Assembly: GCA_000934665.2 (NCBI GenBank)
Contig: JYFJ02002099.1
Coordinates: 124,001-179,491 of the forward strand
DNA: 55,491 bases
Reading direction: 5' to 3'
Source: Catajapyx aquilonaris
Lineage: Eukaryota
Each line of letters opens with the position of its first letter. The stretch's first letter is position 1. The notes under the pieces are model-generated. The model was not told the origin of the DNA, did no database searches, and worked only from the letters and a program-made list of their open reading frames with translations. Below are positions 24,402 to 36,796 of the stretch, one piece after another. Both the position numbers and the translations under genes were made by a program.

Positions 24402-24717
24402 TGTATGGGTCGATTATTCAACAGAACGTGGAACTAACGGCCACCACCATTTCTGAAGTTGGTCTGAAGTGCAACCGAAAATATTTGGCGATACTATGCC
24501 CTTATGAACACTAGCGCCGCCCTAGTGAGGAGAGAGTTCCTGTCAACAGATTGAAGAAGGAACTTCATCGGTGTTTGTTTTGTTCCCATTTTCTGTGGTT
24601 ATTGGAACAGGTACCGTAACTCTAGTTTAGAAAACTGTGGAACTGGTATTGCAGGACCAACATTTGCCATATTACATTTGTACAGAAATTAATAATTTAC
24701 TTGAAATTCATTCAGGT

Positions 24718-27609
24718 ATGGAGCATGCAGCCATGGATGTCCCGCCAGGATCAACTGACAATGGAGATGGGTCACCAGCAAAGAAGAAAAATTACAAGAA
24801 TGTGAAAAGGGTGGCCAAGGCGAAGCAGACGCAAGTGAAACCTGGTTGCTCAGAAAGTACCTGCAAAAAGAAGTGCGGCGCAAAAATTACGGAGGAATGG
24901 AGGCATGAGATTAACCGGCAGTTTTGGGCTATGAGTCTGTGCGAGAGGCAGGTTTTCATTTATGACTCCGTCAGCAACGTGCCTGTCAAGAGGAGGCGCA
25001 CCACATTTGGACCCAGTCGACGTCACAACTCGTTTGTGTACAACTTACGTGATGAGCATTGCGTCACTGTTCAAGTGTGCAAAACCTTTTTTCTAACGAC
25101 ACTAGGTTTTTCACCAGAGAATGGCGGTATAGTGAAAAGAGTCATGAAGAATTATGAGGATCCCTTGTTCGTTCCTAAGGAGGATCAGAGAGGAAAAGGT
25201 CCTAAAACGAATAAGTTAGACAGGGCTCCCATAGTGCAGCATATAGCCCATTACGTGCAGGAACATGCATCTTCTGGGCGCTACTTGCCTAGTGATGTTA
25301 CCGTTCTTGACATGGTCAGAGACTACAACATGCAACACAAGGATCGCCATGTCTCTTATGAGACTTACCGAAAGGTAGTTAAGGCCATGAACATTTCTTC
25401 TGCTAAATTGGGGCAAAATGAAAGCAAGATACATGCTACCGCTGAACATCTTGATGCTGAAATTCTTGATTCTACTAATTATTCTGAACATCCTGATTCT
25501 GAACATCCTAATTATTCTGAACATCCTGATTCTGAACATCCTAATTATTCTGAACATCCTGATTCTGAACATCCAAATTATTCTGAACATCCAAATTATT
25601 CTGAACATCCTGATTCTGAACATCTTGATGCTGGACCCGAGGAAGAGATCATGGAACCAGAATGTATATTAGAATGTGCAGAGGCTGAGCAAACCATTGA
25701 GACCATGTCAGAACCAGCCGTGCTTTTTACCAAAAAGTTGCTGACCAGGTATGGCTGCCATGTAGTTTAGGAAGGTTGTCTGTAAATCACATGATGCTGT
25801 TGGAAATGGAAGGTCTTGGCTGGGAGGGGGGGTGGGCGCCAGAGAATACCTGATCACATTGGGGAAGAGTACGTCTGCTAATGTGTCACATGATGTTTCT
25901 TGTGTGCAATACAGGGAGTTCCAAGTTCCAATTTTTAGTTATTGCTAATAGAGCCTGAAGAACGGTCTGTTAAGCAAAGAATAATGTGACATCACAACAG
26001 CCATGTTTTCTGATCATGCGCAGTAGTGTGCATGCAGAGCGATTTGGGGACATGATAGCCAGGTGAAGGCAGGCTGAATGTGATGTCATATGGTTCTTCT
26101 GTAATGGACTAGTTATTTTTTGTGGGTTGTTATGGTCCGATCCAGGTGCCCACTTACTCCCAGGTGGTCGAATATAGCTCAAGCGAAAATTCAAGTAACT
26201 AAAATGACCCACATACTTGGAATATACTGCCCAGCATAGAGTTAAACCTGTAATTTACATAGGGAATCACTCAATTCTGAAGCTTTACTGTAATAGACAA
26301 GTTTTATAACCCCAGAAAGCAGCTATTCCAAAGTAACTGATTTAAAATATACAGTTTAGAGCTTTAAAAAATTGCTTCAATTCAAACACCCTGTAAAACT
26401 GGCAGGGTCGTGAAGTTATCAGGCAATGAAGATGCAGGGGGTGTGACAGTTTCAAAGTCATTAATAGTTTAATTTTTAAAAATATCTGATACAGCCAGTG
26501 GACAGTTTTTCTAGGCAGTGTATCTGAGCAGTGATTGATATAAACTTACTGGGGGTTGCTTTAATGTTTGTAGTGGGTTTTGGCAAATGTGGGTACTTGA
26601 AATTCTGAGTGAACCTAAGTAACTGGTATTTCATGGTATAACAGGACTAACACATTGAATCTTGCTGTAATACATTTATACAGAAACTAATATAATTTAC
26701 TTGAAAATCAGGCATGTGACACCATCTACGTGGAGTTATCAGCCTGCAGCTATTGATGTCCCAGGACCAAGTTCTTCCTCAACTGACAAGATCGGAGGTG
26801 GGTCTCCAAAGAAGAAAAGTCGCAAGAATCTGTCCCTTCAGGAGAGGGTGACCAAGGAGAAGCGTACGCAAGTGAAACCTGGTTGCTCTGAAAGTACGTG
26901 CAAAAAGAGGTGCGGCACAAAAATAACAGAAGAATGTAGGCGGGTGATTAACCAGCAATTTTGGGCAATGAATCAGTGTCAGAGGCAGGTTTTCATCCAT
27001 GACTCCATCGACAATGTGCCCATCAAGAGGTCCACTACTTCTGGACCTAGTCGACGTCATCAATCGTTTGTGTACAATTTACGTGATGAGCAGTGTGTCA
27101 CTGTTCAAGTGTGCAAAACTTTTTTTCTAACGACACTAGGTTTTTCACCAGAGAATGGCAGTATAGTGAAAAGAGTCATGAAGAATTATGAGGATCCCTT
27201 GTTCATTCCTAAGGAGGACCAGAGAGGAAAAGCTCCTAAGCCCCAGCTTGACAGGACTCCCATAGTGCAGCATATAGTATCCTACCACCCTTCAATAATC
27301 CATTACGGGGGGGAGAATGCATCTTCTGGACCCTATTTGCCTAGTGATGTTACTGTTGCTGACATGGTCAAGGACTACAACATGCAACACAAGGATTGCC
27401 CTGTCTCATACGAGACGTACCGAAAGGTAGTTAAGGCTCTAAAAACAAGTGGTCCCACTACTCATCCTTCCCTCCTGGTCTTCCCTTCCTCCGACCTGTC
27501 CCCTGTTGTTTCCTTGCCTCTAACTTCCTGCAATCCCAGCCTGGAAGGGGGACATTCTGTCCCACCCTTCCTTGACAGTGGAGCTTCTCCTTCCCATTCC
27601 CCTGTTTAA
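24718..27609 (+). CDS. Transposase-derived protein with two tandem Sola-like N-terminal domains and no catalytic domain (~642 aa)
   Basis: Exons 24718-25748 and 26712-27609 join in phase 2 (AG|G). Each carries C..C.K.C...I..QFW, VCKTFFLTTLG, DQRGK, YLPSDVT, VSYETYRKVVK. Candidate 5'UTR donor at 24611; AATAAA at 27845. Confidence 0.7.
25476..25626 (+). repeat. Coding minisatellite encoding (NYSEHP-DSEHP)n
   Basis: Alternating 18- and 15-bp units aattattctgaacatcct / gattctgaacatcct; frame-preserving. Confidence 0.9.
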
Positions 27610-28360
27610 CATATGTACTTGTGGTTAGTTGGACCTAGAATATACATATGGTTTAGGTCCAGGAGGGTTATGCTGTATTGTTATGTGGACTTGTCGAAAC
27701 ATTTTTTGTCCACAATAGACAAATACCAAACATGTACCATATTGCACAGTGGCCTTATTATGTTACGTGCTACATATACAGAGAATCTGTAATGAATATT
27801 TCCTACCTGCACGATGTATTTTCTGCATGAAAAAAACAGGTTGCAATAAAACAAGCTGCAAACTTTGAAAAACCATTTAAAAACTGCTACTACTGGTTTG
27901 ATTCACAATTTCATGCCCAGGTACACTAGCTTTTTGAAGTGTCAATAGTCAGGAGATAACTTCTGTTTAGTGCCACTTGAACTGATTATTACATATGATG
28001 AGAAGTGAATACAGCTGTGTGTGACATCCTGACCACACCTAGATCATGACTGGTCCTCTCTGTAACTGCACCATTACGAAAATATCGAGCTAGAAACGTT
28101 GCTCACTAATCTTGCATTTTTAAAAGGATGGTCAACACATTTTCTTCAACAAGGACTCGTATGAAAAAATGACAGCTTCACTGGCAGTTAGGAAGATTGA
28201 TGGAAAAGGCCCTTTAAACCGATCTATTTTGAAATGGTCAGACAGTACATGCCTTCCAGCATATCCTTCAATATCATTGGTGGTGTACACATAGTGTGCC
28301 AACATACTACAGGCACATGCATCAATGGCAACTAACTTGTTCACAATGTCTCCTAAAAAA

Positions 28361-29992
28361 TTATTGGTCACAAGCAAACTCTTCCATCAAGGCAGCTCGA
28401 ATTTGAGTCCCGTTTGGCATATCATCTCCGTGGTCCACTTGGTCCCGCACCATTGAAGTACGTCCCAGGTGAATAGATGGTTTTGAAGTGTTTTCATTTT
28501 CCCAGCTGGTCCAATATTTTAAGTCTCGTTCCTCACAAATGTTGTTCAAACATACTGCCGCGGTAATTAGTTTTGGAACTTTTCCAAGTTTCAGCTCAGC
28601 ACACCTCAAGATCTGCTTCCAACGACCTTTTGTGCGTTCAAATAGGTTCTCAACTACACTTCTAGCCTGATTTAACCTACAATTAAAGTTTACTTGAGCT
28701 ACTGTCAAGGTCCCATTATCCACAAATGGCTTCATAAGCCATACTTCCAATGGAAATGACAAGTCCCCTAACAAGAGCAATGGAACCTCCACACCTTGAA
28801 TAACTTTCACTGTTGTTGGCAGTGCATTTCTCTCTGAAAGATGTTTGTACAAGCCTGTGCCTTTGAATGCAGCTGAGTTACTGCATCGACCAGGTATGCC
28901 TGCCTTTACGTAGCATGCTTTGGACTTCACATCGCTAACCACTAAAACCATGACAGACTGCCAACCTTGAGAATTGCAATATTCAGTGGTCTGGTTATCT
29001 GGTGATTGGATTTCAAAATGACAGGCACCAATTGCTCCTACAGCCATTGGAAATTGCCACTTCTGGTTAAAGGCTTCTGCCACATGATCTGCTTCCTGCC
29101 CACGAGGCCAGCTGATGTGTCGTGGAACCAGGACATTGTGAACAGCATCAATGAATCTCCTAAGTATGGTGTAAACTGTTGCCTTTCCCACACTGAATAG
29201 GGTAGCAGTTGCCTTGTACTCTGATGAAGATGCCATTGCTTTGAGAGCAATCGCCACTTGCTTGTCAACAGCCACAGCTTTCCTGAAATTTGTGTCCTTC
29301 AGATGGAGGTGTGGTTGAAGAGCATCACATATGTATTCAAATGTCTCTCGATCAACACGAAAGTGTGCCATGAAATCATCCTCTTCCAAACGTGGAACCT
29401 CTGTTTCCCACCATCCAGTATTTGACGCTTTCATCCAACCTTTTCTTAAAGGGACTCTGAAAAAAAAATATGCATGTTAATAAAACACGCTAATAAGCCA
29501 GTAAGAGCAAGAAATGCAAAAGCTACCACAATGAGAAAAAAAGGAGGTAGAAAATCTATAGGGCGTGCCGGATGTTTCACAAATTAAATTAGCAAGTTAA
29601 GAGATGTGCATAAAGTGAGTATTTCAGGAGTAAAAAGCAAGGTGTGGAAATTCACAAAGGTCACAACGATGCTGCAAGCAGAAGCTGAGCGGCAGCAGGA
29701 TGGTTGGAGTCCAGACCGATGCACTTTGGGCAGGTAAAAATATGTGATGAAAAGCATCCACCTCTAAGGCATTCACAACCGTTAATTGAATGTGCTTCCT
29801 TGGAGTTGCTGCAAATCCACCCTTGCACCACTTACGCCCCAAAAGGAAAAACACTTTCATTCGTGAAAAATCATTTGATCACCTTTCCATGGCCACTTCT
29901 TTCATGTACATTTGCAAAGCAGTCTTCATCTCTTCCCTTCTCCTCTTCTTCCTCTGTTGTAAATGGAGCAGGCCAGTCAACATCCTTTCCAT
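28361..29992 (-). CDS. PIF/Harbinger transposase-derived nuclease-like protein (HARBI1/ALP1-like, ~401 aa), first catalytic Asp lost
   Basis: Exons 29883-29992 and 28361-29456 (phase 2). FMAHFRVDRETF, VGAIGACH (canonical GAIDGTH), LLGDLSFPL, FNCRLNQARSVVENLFERTKGRW, AVCLNNICE. Confidence 0.88.
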
Positions 29993-30365
29993 CTGTTGTT
30001 TACTTGTGTGTAAGAGTTCTAGAACTGTATGTAAGTTTCAGAATTTAGCTCACATTCATAGTCTATTACCAGTATTTGGTCGAAATATCACTTTCTCACT
30101 ATTGCATAGGTAATGTTAGTGAAATTACAAGCCCTTTTTGCCTAAGTAATTAGAACTTAACATTGGCACGACCACTCATGTCCATCAGAAAAATTAAACT
30201 GTCCCATCTCTTTCTTACTTGCAATGAAACAATTTCAATAATAAATACTGCAGCTTCATTTTTTAGTGTATTTGAGAAATGTGATCAATTCATCAAAATC
30301 TAACCCTATAAATGAACAGAAAGTACCGAAGGGAGCCAAGAAACTGTGAGTCCCGTAACTGAGTA

Positions 30366-31883
30366 CTAAACATGATCTGACTTACTTTTTGGTACAGCAG
30401 GTACAGCAGGTGCTGCAATAAAGTTTGACAATGACTGTGCCACAATTTTCATTTGCTCGTTGCTCTCCTCTTGTAGGACACAAAATCGTTTCATGAGTTC
30501 ATGATCTGCCTGTTGCTCTTCTCTGTGTCCTTCTAAAATGGTTATCACTTTCTCTTGGAATGTTGTTATACTAGAACTGTCTCTTCGGTGCTTTTGCTGC
30601 AAACTCTCTGAAAAATTTCAAGATAATCAGCAGATGGCATTCTATCCTGCTAATAGACAAATCCAGCCTAGGAAAGTCAAAGCAAGGCAAACTTAACCTT
30701 TCATTAGAGGTAACAAGTAGTTTTTACCACTTATTACATACCATCAAGACTTCCTTGTTAGATAATTTCCATAATAAATTCAGGTTTCTATCTGTTACTA
30801 GAGCTTAGGACACTAATGGGCTAGATTTATCACTTGAAACTCTTGTATTTTTGCATGAATGGCATGTAAGCACCATCTCTCATTACTTGACATTTATTTA
30901 ATCTTCATTATAAACAACTAACCACTACCTTTAAACAAGGGTGCCGACTGCTCACTACTTCCAGCGCATCTCGCACCTGACTCTTGAGAACAGGTTGTTC
31001 CTTCATCACTCTCAGAAGTAGGTCCAGTCTCAATATTGTCTGTGTCATCTGGGGAAATCAGTGTCTCACATGTGCCACTGGTATCAGGATTGCAGATGGG
31101 TGCAGCAGCCAAGATATCATGGATCTAAAAGTAGTGATGTCAGTCATTTACGAATAATACAAATCATGCTGAATATATTGGTCATTCATGTTGTTGATGT
31201 CTGGCCCAACACAATATGCTCAAAACAATATTGGTAAGGTCTTGAATTTTCTTGTATGTTCTATATCGTGCAATATGTTGGAACAACATTTATAAATAAT
31301 TTTTACTTTCTAATTAGTATATTTTTGCAGGTGACGGTTCACTATAACTATACCACATCTCATACCAAATGCCAGTATGGCCACCACATGTGCTTTTCAT
31401 AAAATCAGGTCACCCTCTTTTTTAGCACTATTTGTGGCATAATGCGATAACAATCACAGTGTCAATAACATTAAACAATGACTATTAATCCCTTACCACT
31501 GCATAATATCTCCAGGTGGGAGTTGACGTTTCGCTCACTGTCAGCTGATTACGTTGATAGGTGGCTTTGAGATTCTGGATCTTCTTTTGGTACTGCACAC
31601 GAGATCGAGTGTAACCCAACTCCATCATGGCATTTGAAATGTTTGAAAAAATATCCTTCTTCAGAGTCATGGAGTCGAATTTGTTAATATTCTCCCTCCA
31701 TAGTGATATGAGGTCTTCTACCTCTTTTCTTGGCCAGCGTCTCCTTTCATTGAGGTGCTCTTCAGCAGTGAGGTTGACAAGTTCATTCAAATCATCGCCA
31801 TCTGTTTCCGGAGACGATAAAATCATCGCCAAGTCCATGTCTGCATCATCCAAGTCTGACATTGTTCCAGTAATGTCTGTCAT
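30366..31883 (-). CDS. Myb/SANT-like (trihelix, MSANTD type) DNA-binding protein, probable Harbinger second protein (~276 aa)
   Basis: WPRKEVEDLISLW...IFSNISNAMMELGYTRSRVQYQKKIQNLKATYQR...WRYYAV|IHDIL. Exons 31497-31883, 30923-31124, 30366-30607 total 831 nt in frame; coiled-coil-like C-terminus. Confidence 0.82.
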
Positions 31884-33747
31884 GTTGATCCTGCTGCACA
31901 CCTAGCAGATCCTTCACTTCTCTAACAATAAGTATGGAGCCTGCACCTACTTCCAAGCTACTACTCCGCTCTTTTACTGGAGAACTTTGGTGGTATTTTA
32001 TGCTTCCTATCTGCACACCCTCAATACTCTTCGGCTCTCCATGCACCAAATCATCATCAAATGTAGTGCAGGTAAAATCAGCTCAACAGTACGAAAGGAG
32101 GACGCTCAGCCACCACATTCTTCCGCAACTGTCACCAGCAACGACCTGTTACGGAAATATAAATGAAAAGGGTCAACACCTGGTAAACTATTTGTAATAA
32201 GGAATTCCCATGTGTGTATAGGTGCCAAATGTTCAATACAAATTAGCAAGGGCTAATAACTGAAATTAGTCAATATTTGCCCAGTGAATGAAGCGAATTA
32301 GTCCGTCTGTTATCTAACAATATTGCTTGTAATAAAATGAATTCTCAAGGAGAGCTACAGGAAAAACAGTTGACGTTACATTACTTGCATATTTTCGCAT
32401 AAAACTTTCATAACATTACATAAACCAGATGCTAAATCAAGTTGACAGCACTGCCATGTAATCCCTTGTAATTGCTAACCGTGTGCTAACAGTCGCTCCC
32501 AAAATTGACCCGTCATTACACAAGCACACTTCCTGCACACTGCAACCTTACCATACCCGGTAAATTACCATTATCCTTAAATTAAACCGAATTAATGCGA
32601 TCACATGTTGTCATCGATTGGCTTTTGGCAACTTGTTTGGCAAGAAAAAAATAGTTATCGCTGTATGGCATCACACCATGAACCGTGTTAAAGCCTTGGT
32701 TAAAGCAGATAAGATAACGGCCATTATTCATGACTCATGAGTGTCCTAAATTACAACCAAAAATATGATTGCTTCTCATATGACCGCTGATTAACACGCG
32801 ATAATTAAAGAAACGATAATGACAAGTAGCTATTTATAACCGCTTTGTCTCATAAGCAGCTTGTGGAAAACAAAAGCGTGTAGCACCGCGCATTTTTTTT
32901 TTCTTCCCCCGCTCTAAATGGACGGCTGTGATTGGTTGATCTGATGGCAACCCTGAGGCTGTGTGGCATGGAGGCCAACAGCAGGAGATAAATATTTCCC
33001 CACGAGACTACTGCAGGCAGAGAGAGGCTGGAGAAGTGGGAAAGAGTTCCGGGCACAGATGCGACGCAGGAGGAAGCAACGGTGCACCTGAGGAGAGGAC
33101 TAGCATCAGCCAGGGTAAATTGCATTGAACAGTACGCTGCCGTGGGAAGGACAGTGCAGCTGCATGCTGACACACAATATTATTGTGGGGTTTGGACTGA
33201 TTTGATGTGTGCCGCACTGGAAAGAAACATACATGCAGTGCGTTTTCTGGCAAAGCATGTTGTGGCTCAGCCGCATATTTTGGATGTGGAATCATACGGC
33301 TGCATTTTTTTTTTCCTAAAGTGAGACGAGGTGTCGAGAGGCTTTGACTGCAAGAGAGGGGGAGAGTACGCACTAACAACATTTTTCACGTCGCATGCTT
33401 AGTACACACTTTGCTAATTAATTACACACACAAAATGTTGGAGGGTGCTGCAAGTGTGCCACATTTTCCGGATCGACATCAGCCACTCACCTCTAATACA
33501 GTCATTGAACTGCAAATGCCACATGTAAACTCCAGAGCCAGTTATTGACCACAGGTTTACACCTGCTGCTAATAGAAAATGCAGGCAGCTGGCCTAACTA
33601 AAGAGAACTACTTATTTATTTTATTATCCCATGCTCAAGCTGTTGGCTTGTTTGGCGGGACTAAAGAGAACTATTGCATCTGTTTGTATGAATAGTGTTT
33701 TAACAATGCATAACATGTTTTTCTCCGCCTGCCTAGGTAACGAGTGG

Positions 33748-36700
33748 ATGGCAGCCTGCATTTTCGCCATGAGGGAAGTTCGGGTCATGTACTTGCTTCT
33801 ATGCTTCTTCACCCTGCTGGCTGGTAAGTGGCATCAGGTTCATACATTGCAAGTTACGTGTTGGTAAATTTGTAAGGCAAGCTGTCCTTCATTGAGCAAC
33901 ACTTTCGTTGCCACGTATTAAGATGAGTAAAGTGTCTTGCAATTATTGCATAATGTGTTGGGTCATAGTGGCCTTGGAGAAATGCTATATTTTTACCTTG
34001 TGCTGTTTTTTTCCTTATCCAGTTCTGCTCACATACCAAAGCTTGGTCCGGTCTGAGTTTCATGAAATAGCATCTCACCCTTCTCCTTCTTCGTTGGATG
34101 AAGACGGGAGAGAGATTATAATGCAAGTTGCCAAGCTAGAGCAAGAAGTGAAGGATAGAGGTGAAGAAAAAGTTACTGCAACTAAAAAGATTACCATGGT
34201 GGAAGCGGAGCAGCGCATCCATGAGTTAGAGGAAAGACTGCAGGAACTAGAAGCACGGGTTCCAAAGAGATTTCCAGATGTCAAGTTTTTGAACTACAGG
34301 CAGAGGAAACGAGTTCTGGTAGAGACGCTTAATGCTTGCGATTGCTTGAGCATCTAAATTAATCTGTCTGTTCAGGTTACAGGAGGAGCTGGTTTTGTAG
34401 GCTCTCACCTAGTGGACCGACTGATGCTGGAGGGACATGAGCTGATTGTGGCAGACAACTTCTTCACTGGCCGCAAGCGTAACTTGGAGCACTGGGTGGG
34501 CCATGAGAATTTTGAGCTTCTTCACCATGACATAGTCAATCCACTCTACATAGAGGTGGACGAAATATACCACCTTGCCTCACCTGCAAGTCCACCACAC
34601 TACATGTTCAACCCTGTCAAGACCATTAAGACCAATACACTTGGAACCATCAACATGCTGGGTTAGGACCTTATGGTTTTAAAAATAATAAGTTGTAACC
34701 AAACAAAGCGAAGCCAAATTGCAAAGAATTAAGTGTGCAACATTTTCTGTCAATCTGTCTGGCCCAAAGCACCTTACTTAAATGTGCTGAGTCATTTTTC
34801 CGGCAGAGCTGCAGAAGCGCTAGAAATGTATCCCACATTTGTTAACCTGAAAGATTCAAACTCATATCCGCAATATCTTACCATTTTGCTGTACCTGGGC
34901 AGTGAATTTCTGTGGGGTCTGGTAAAGATTGCTGCCACTACATTTATTTCTTACTTAGCAAGACGTAAATTTTAATAATGAACCTCAGGGGCCACGCAAA
35001 CCCAAAAACTGTGATGAAATTAATTACAAAAAAACCATGGTGTCATTTAAAATCGTTTATCATGGCTTGCAGATGTGCAATTTTTTTGTGCATTTTTGAA
35101 TCAAGGAATTTTTAAAGCCTTTTTACATTAATTGAATTGAATTTTTTTATAGCACATTGGACTGAGTTCTAAATAAACAATACTATCACATTTTCGTTTA
35201 TTAATAAATAACACAGTTAAATGTGGTACAGGAAACTATCAATTTCTGAAAAAATCCACTAGCCATAAATATTTTTAAATTCCGTGGTAGATTTTTTGTA
35301 ATTAACTTCAATACAGTTTTTGGGTTTGTGTGGCCCCTGAGGTTCATTATCAACATTTACATCCCTCTTGGGGCATGGCCGAATAATTATGGGTTTGGGC
35401 AAGTAGTATCACATGATGCAGTTGCAATATCAGTGCATCTCATGTTAGGGATTATTATCTGAATGCTCATTTGTGCCTGCATCTGTTGATCAAGCCAAAG
35501 CATGCCTACATGTACTTACAATAAGTGGCCCGGCCTAACTTCGATCCTACGACATCGTTTTGTTTACCAATTCCTAGTCAATGGAAATCTGTCAAACGCA
35601 CCTTTGGAACCACCTACTTTTCAAGTTTCCATAGATATGACCTACACAACAATAAGAGTAAAACTCTTAATTGTTGTATGAGGGCATTTCTTCGGAAACT
35701 TGAAAAGTAGGAAGTTCCAGAGTTGTGTTCGGCACATTTCGTTGACTAAGCACTGGCAGGCACTGGTAAACAAAACGATGACATAGGATCGAAGTTAGGC
35801 TGGGGTGCCAATACATGAATGATAAAAAGTTTTTTTTTGGTAAAGGGCTACGTTCATTTCCCCCAATTAAATGTGTTTTATACCTCTCTTTGCACAGGAT
35901 TGGCGAAACGTGTGGGGGCAAGAGTACTTATTGCAAGCACTTCAGAGGTGTATGGTGATCCTGAAGTGCATCCACAACCAGAGACCTACTGGGGGCATGT
36001 CAATCCAATTGGTCAGTATTCTGAAGGTACTGCAATCATGACGCGGTTTCTAACAAGTGTGTTTCATAAGTTCAGGACCCAGAGCTTGCTACGACGAGGG
36101 AAAGCGTGTCGCAGAAACTTTGAGCTATGCATATGCAAAGCAAGAACATGTGGAGGTCAGAGTTGCACGCATTTTCAACACGTATGGTCCAAGGATGCAC
36201 ATGAACGATGGCCGAGTCGTCTCCAATTTTATCCTACAAGCTTTACAAAAGCAGCCAATTACTGTAAGTTACTTTTGAACTGCTAATGACTATCTGCAGT
36301 TAGAATTAAAATAACAGAGAATTCATTTGCCGTTTGACAGATTTATGGACATGGACAGCAGACTAGATCTTTCCAGTATGTGTCGGATTTGGTGGAAGGA
36401 CTCATTCTGCTCATGGGATCAAACTGCTCCCTGCCGGTCAATTTGGGAAATCCTGAGGAGCACACTATTGAAGGTACCAATTTTGAAACACAGGGAAAAT
36501 AACATGCATGAAAAACTTCAATTTTGATTTCAGAGTTTGCAACCCTTATACGTGACCTTGTGGGTGGAGAGAGTCGCATTGAACACAAACCAGCAGTGGA
36601 AGATGACCCGCAAAAGAGGCGCCCAGACATAACCCGGGCTAAGGAGTGCTTTGGATGGGAGCCGCAGGTCAAGCTCCAAACAGGACTCGTGAAGACTGTC

Positions 36701-36796
36701 GACTACTTCACGAAGGAACTGCAGAGGTCGCATCACTCGGAAAGGAACATTTTTCCACCAACAGAATCAAATCATTTGGATTCTGAACTTTGGTAA
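33748..36796 (+). CDS. UXS1: UDP-glucuronate decarboxylase 1 (UDP-xylose synthase)
   Basis: N-terminal TM anchor; [51 protein letters not shown]. Exons approx. 33748-33823, 34023-34318, 34376-34661, 35898-36011, 36076-36263, 36341-36473, 36534-36796. Confidence 0.96.
34961..35362. mobile_element. Degenerate foldback/MITE in UXS1 intron
   Basis: ataatgaacctcaggggccacgcaaacccaaaaactgt ... acagtttttgggtttgtgtggcccctgaggttcattat; arms of roughly 100 bp. Confidence 0.7.
35526..35809. mobile_element. Second foldback/MITE in the same UXS1 intron
   Basis: gcctaacttcgatccta...cctacttttcaagtttcc versus ggaaacttgaaaagtagg...taggatcgaagttaggc inverted arms. Confidence 0.75.

Noticed and set aside
25216..25672. 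Repetitive ORFs MFRIRMFRII... and ILILNILII...
   Set aside because: Alternative-frame and antisense shadows of the coding minisatellite.
25785..26095. Repeated ATGATG...CTGA motifs suggesting C/D snoRNAs
   Set aside because: C boxes are imperfect, there are no terminal stems, and the only rRNA-complementary 9-mer is not adjacent to a D box.
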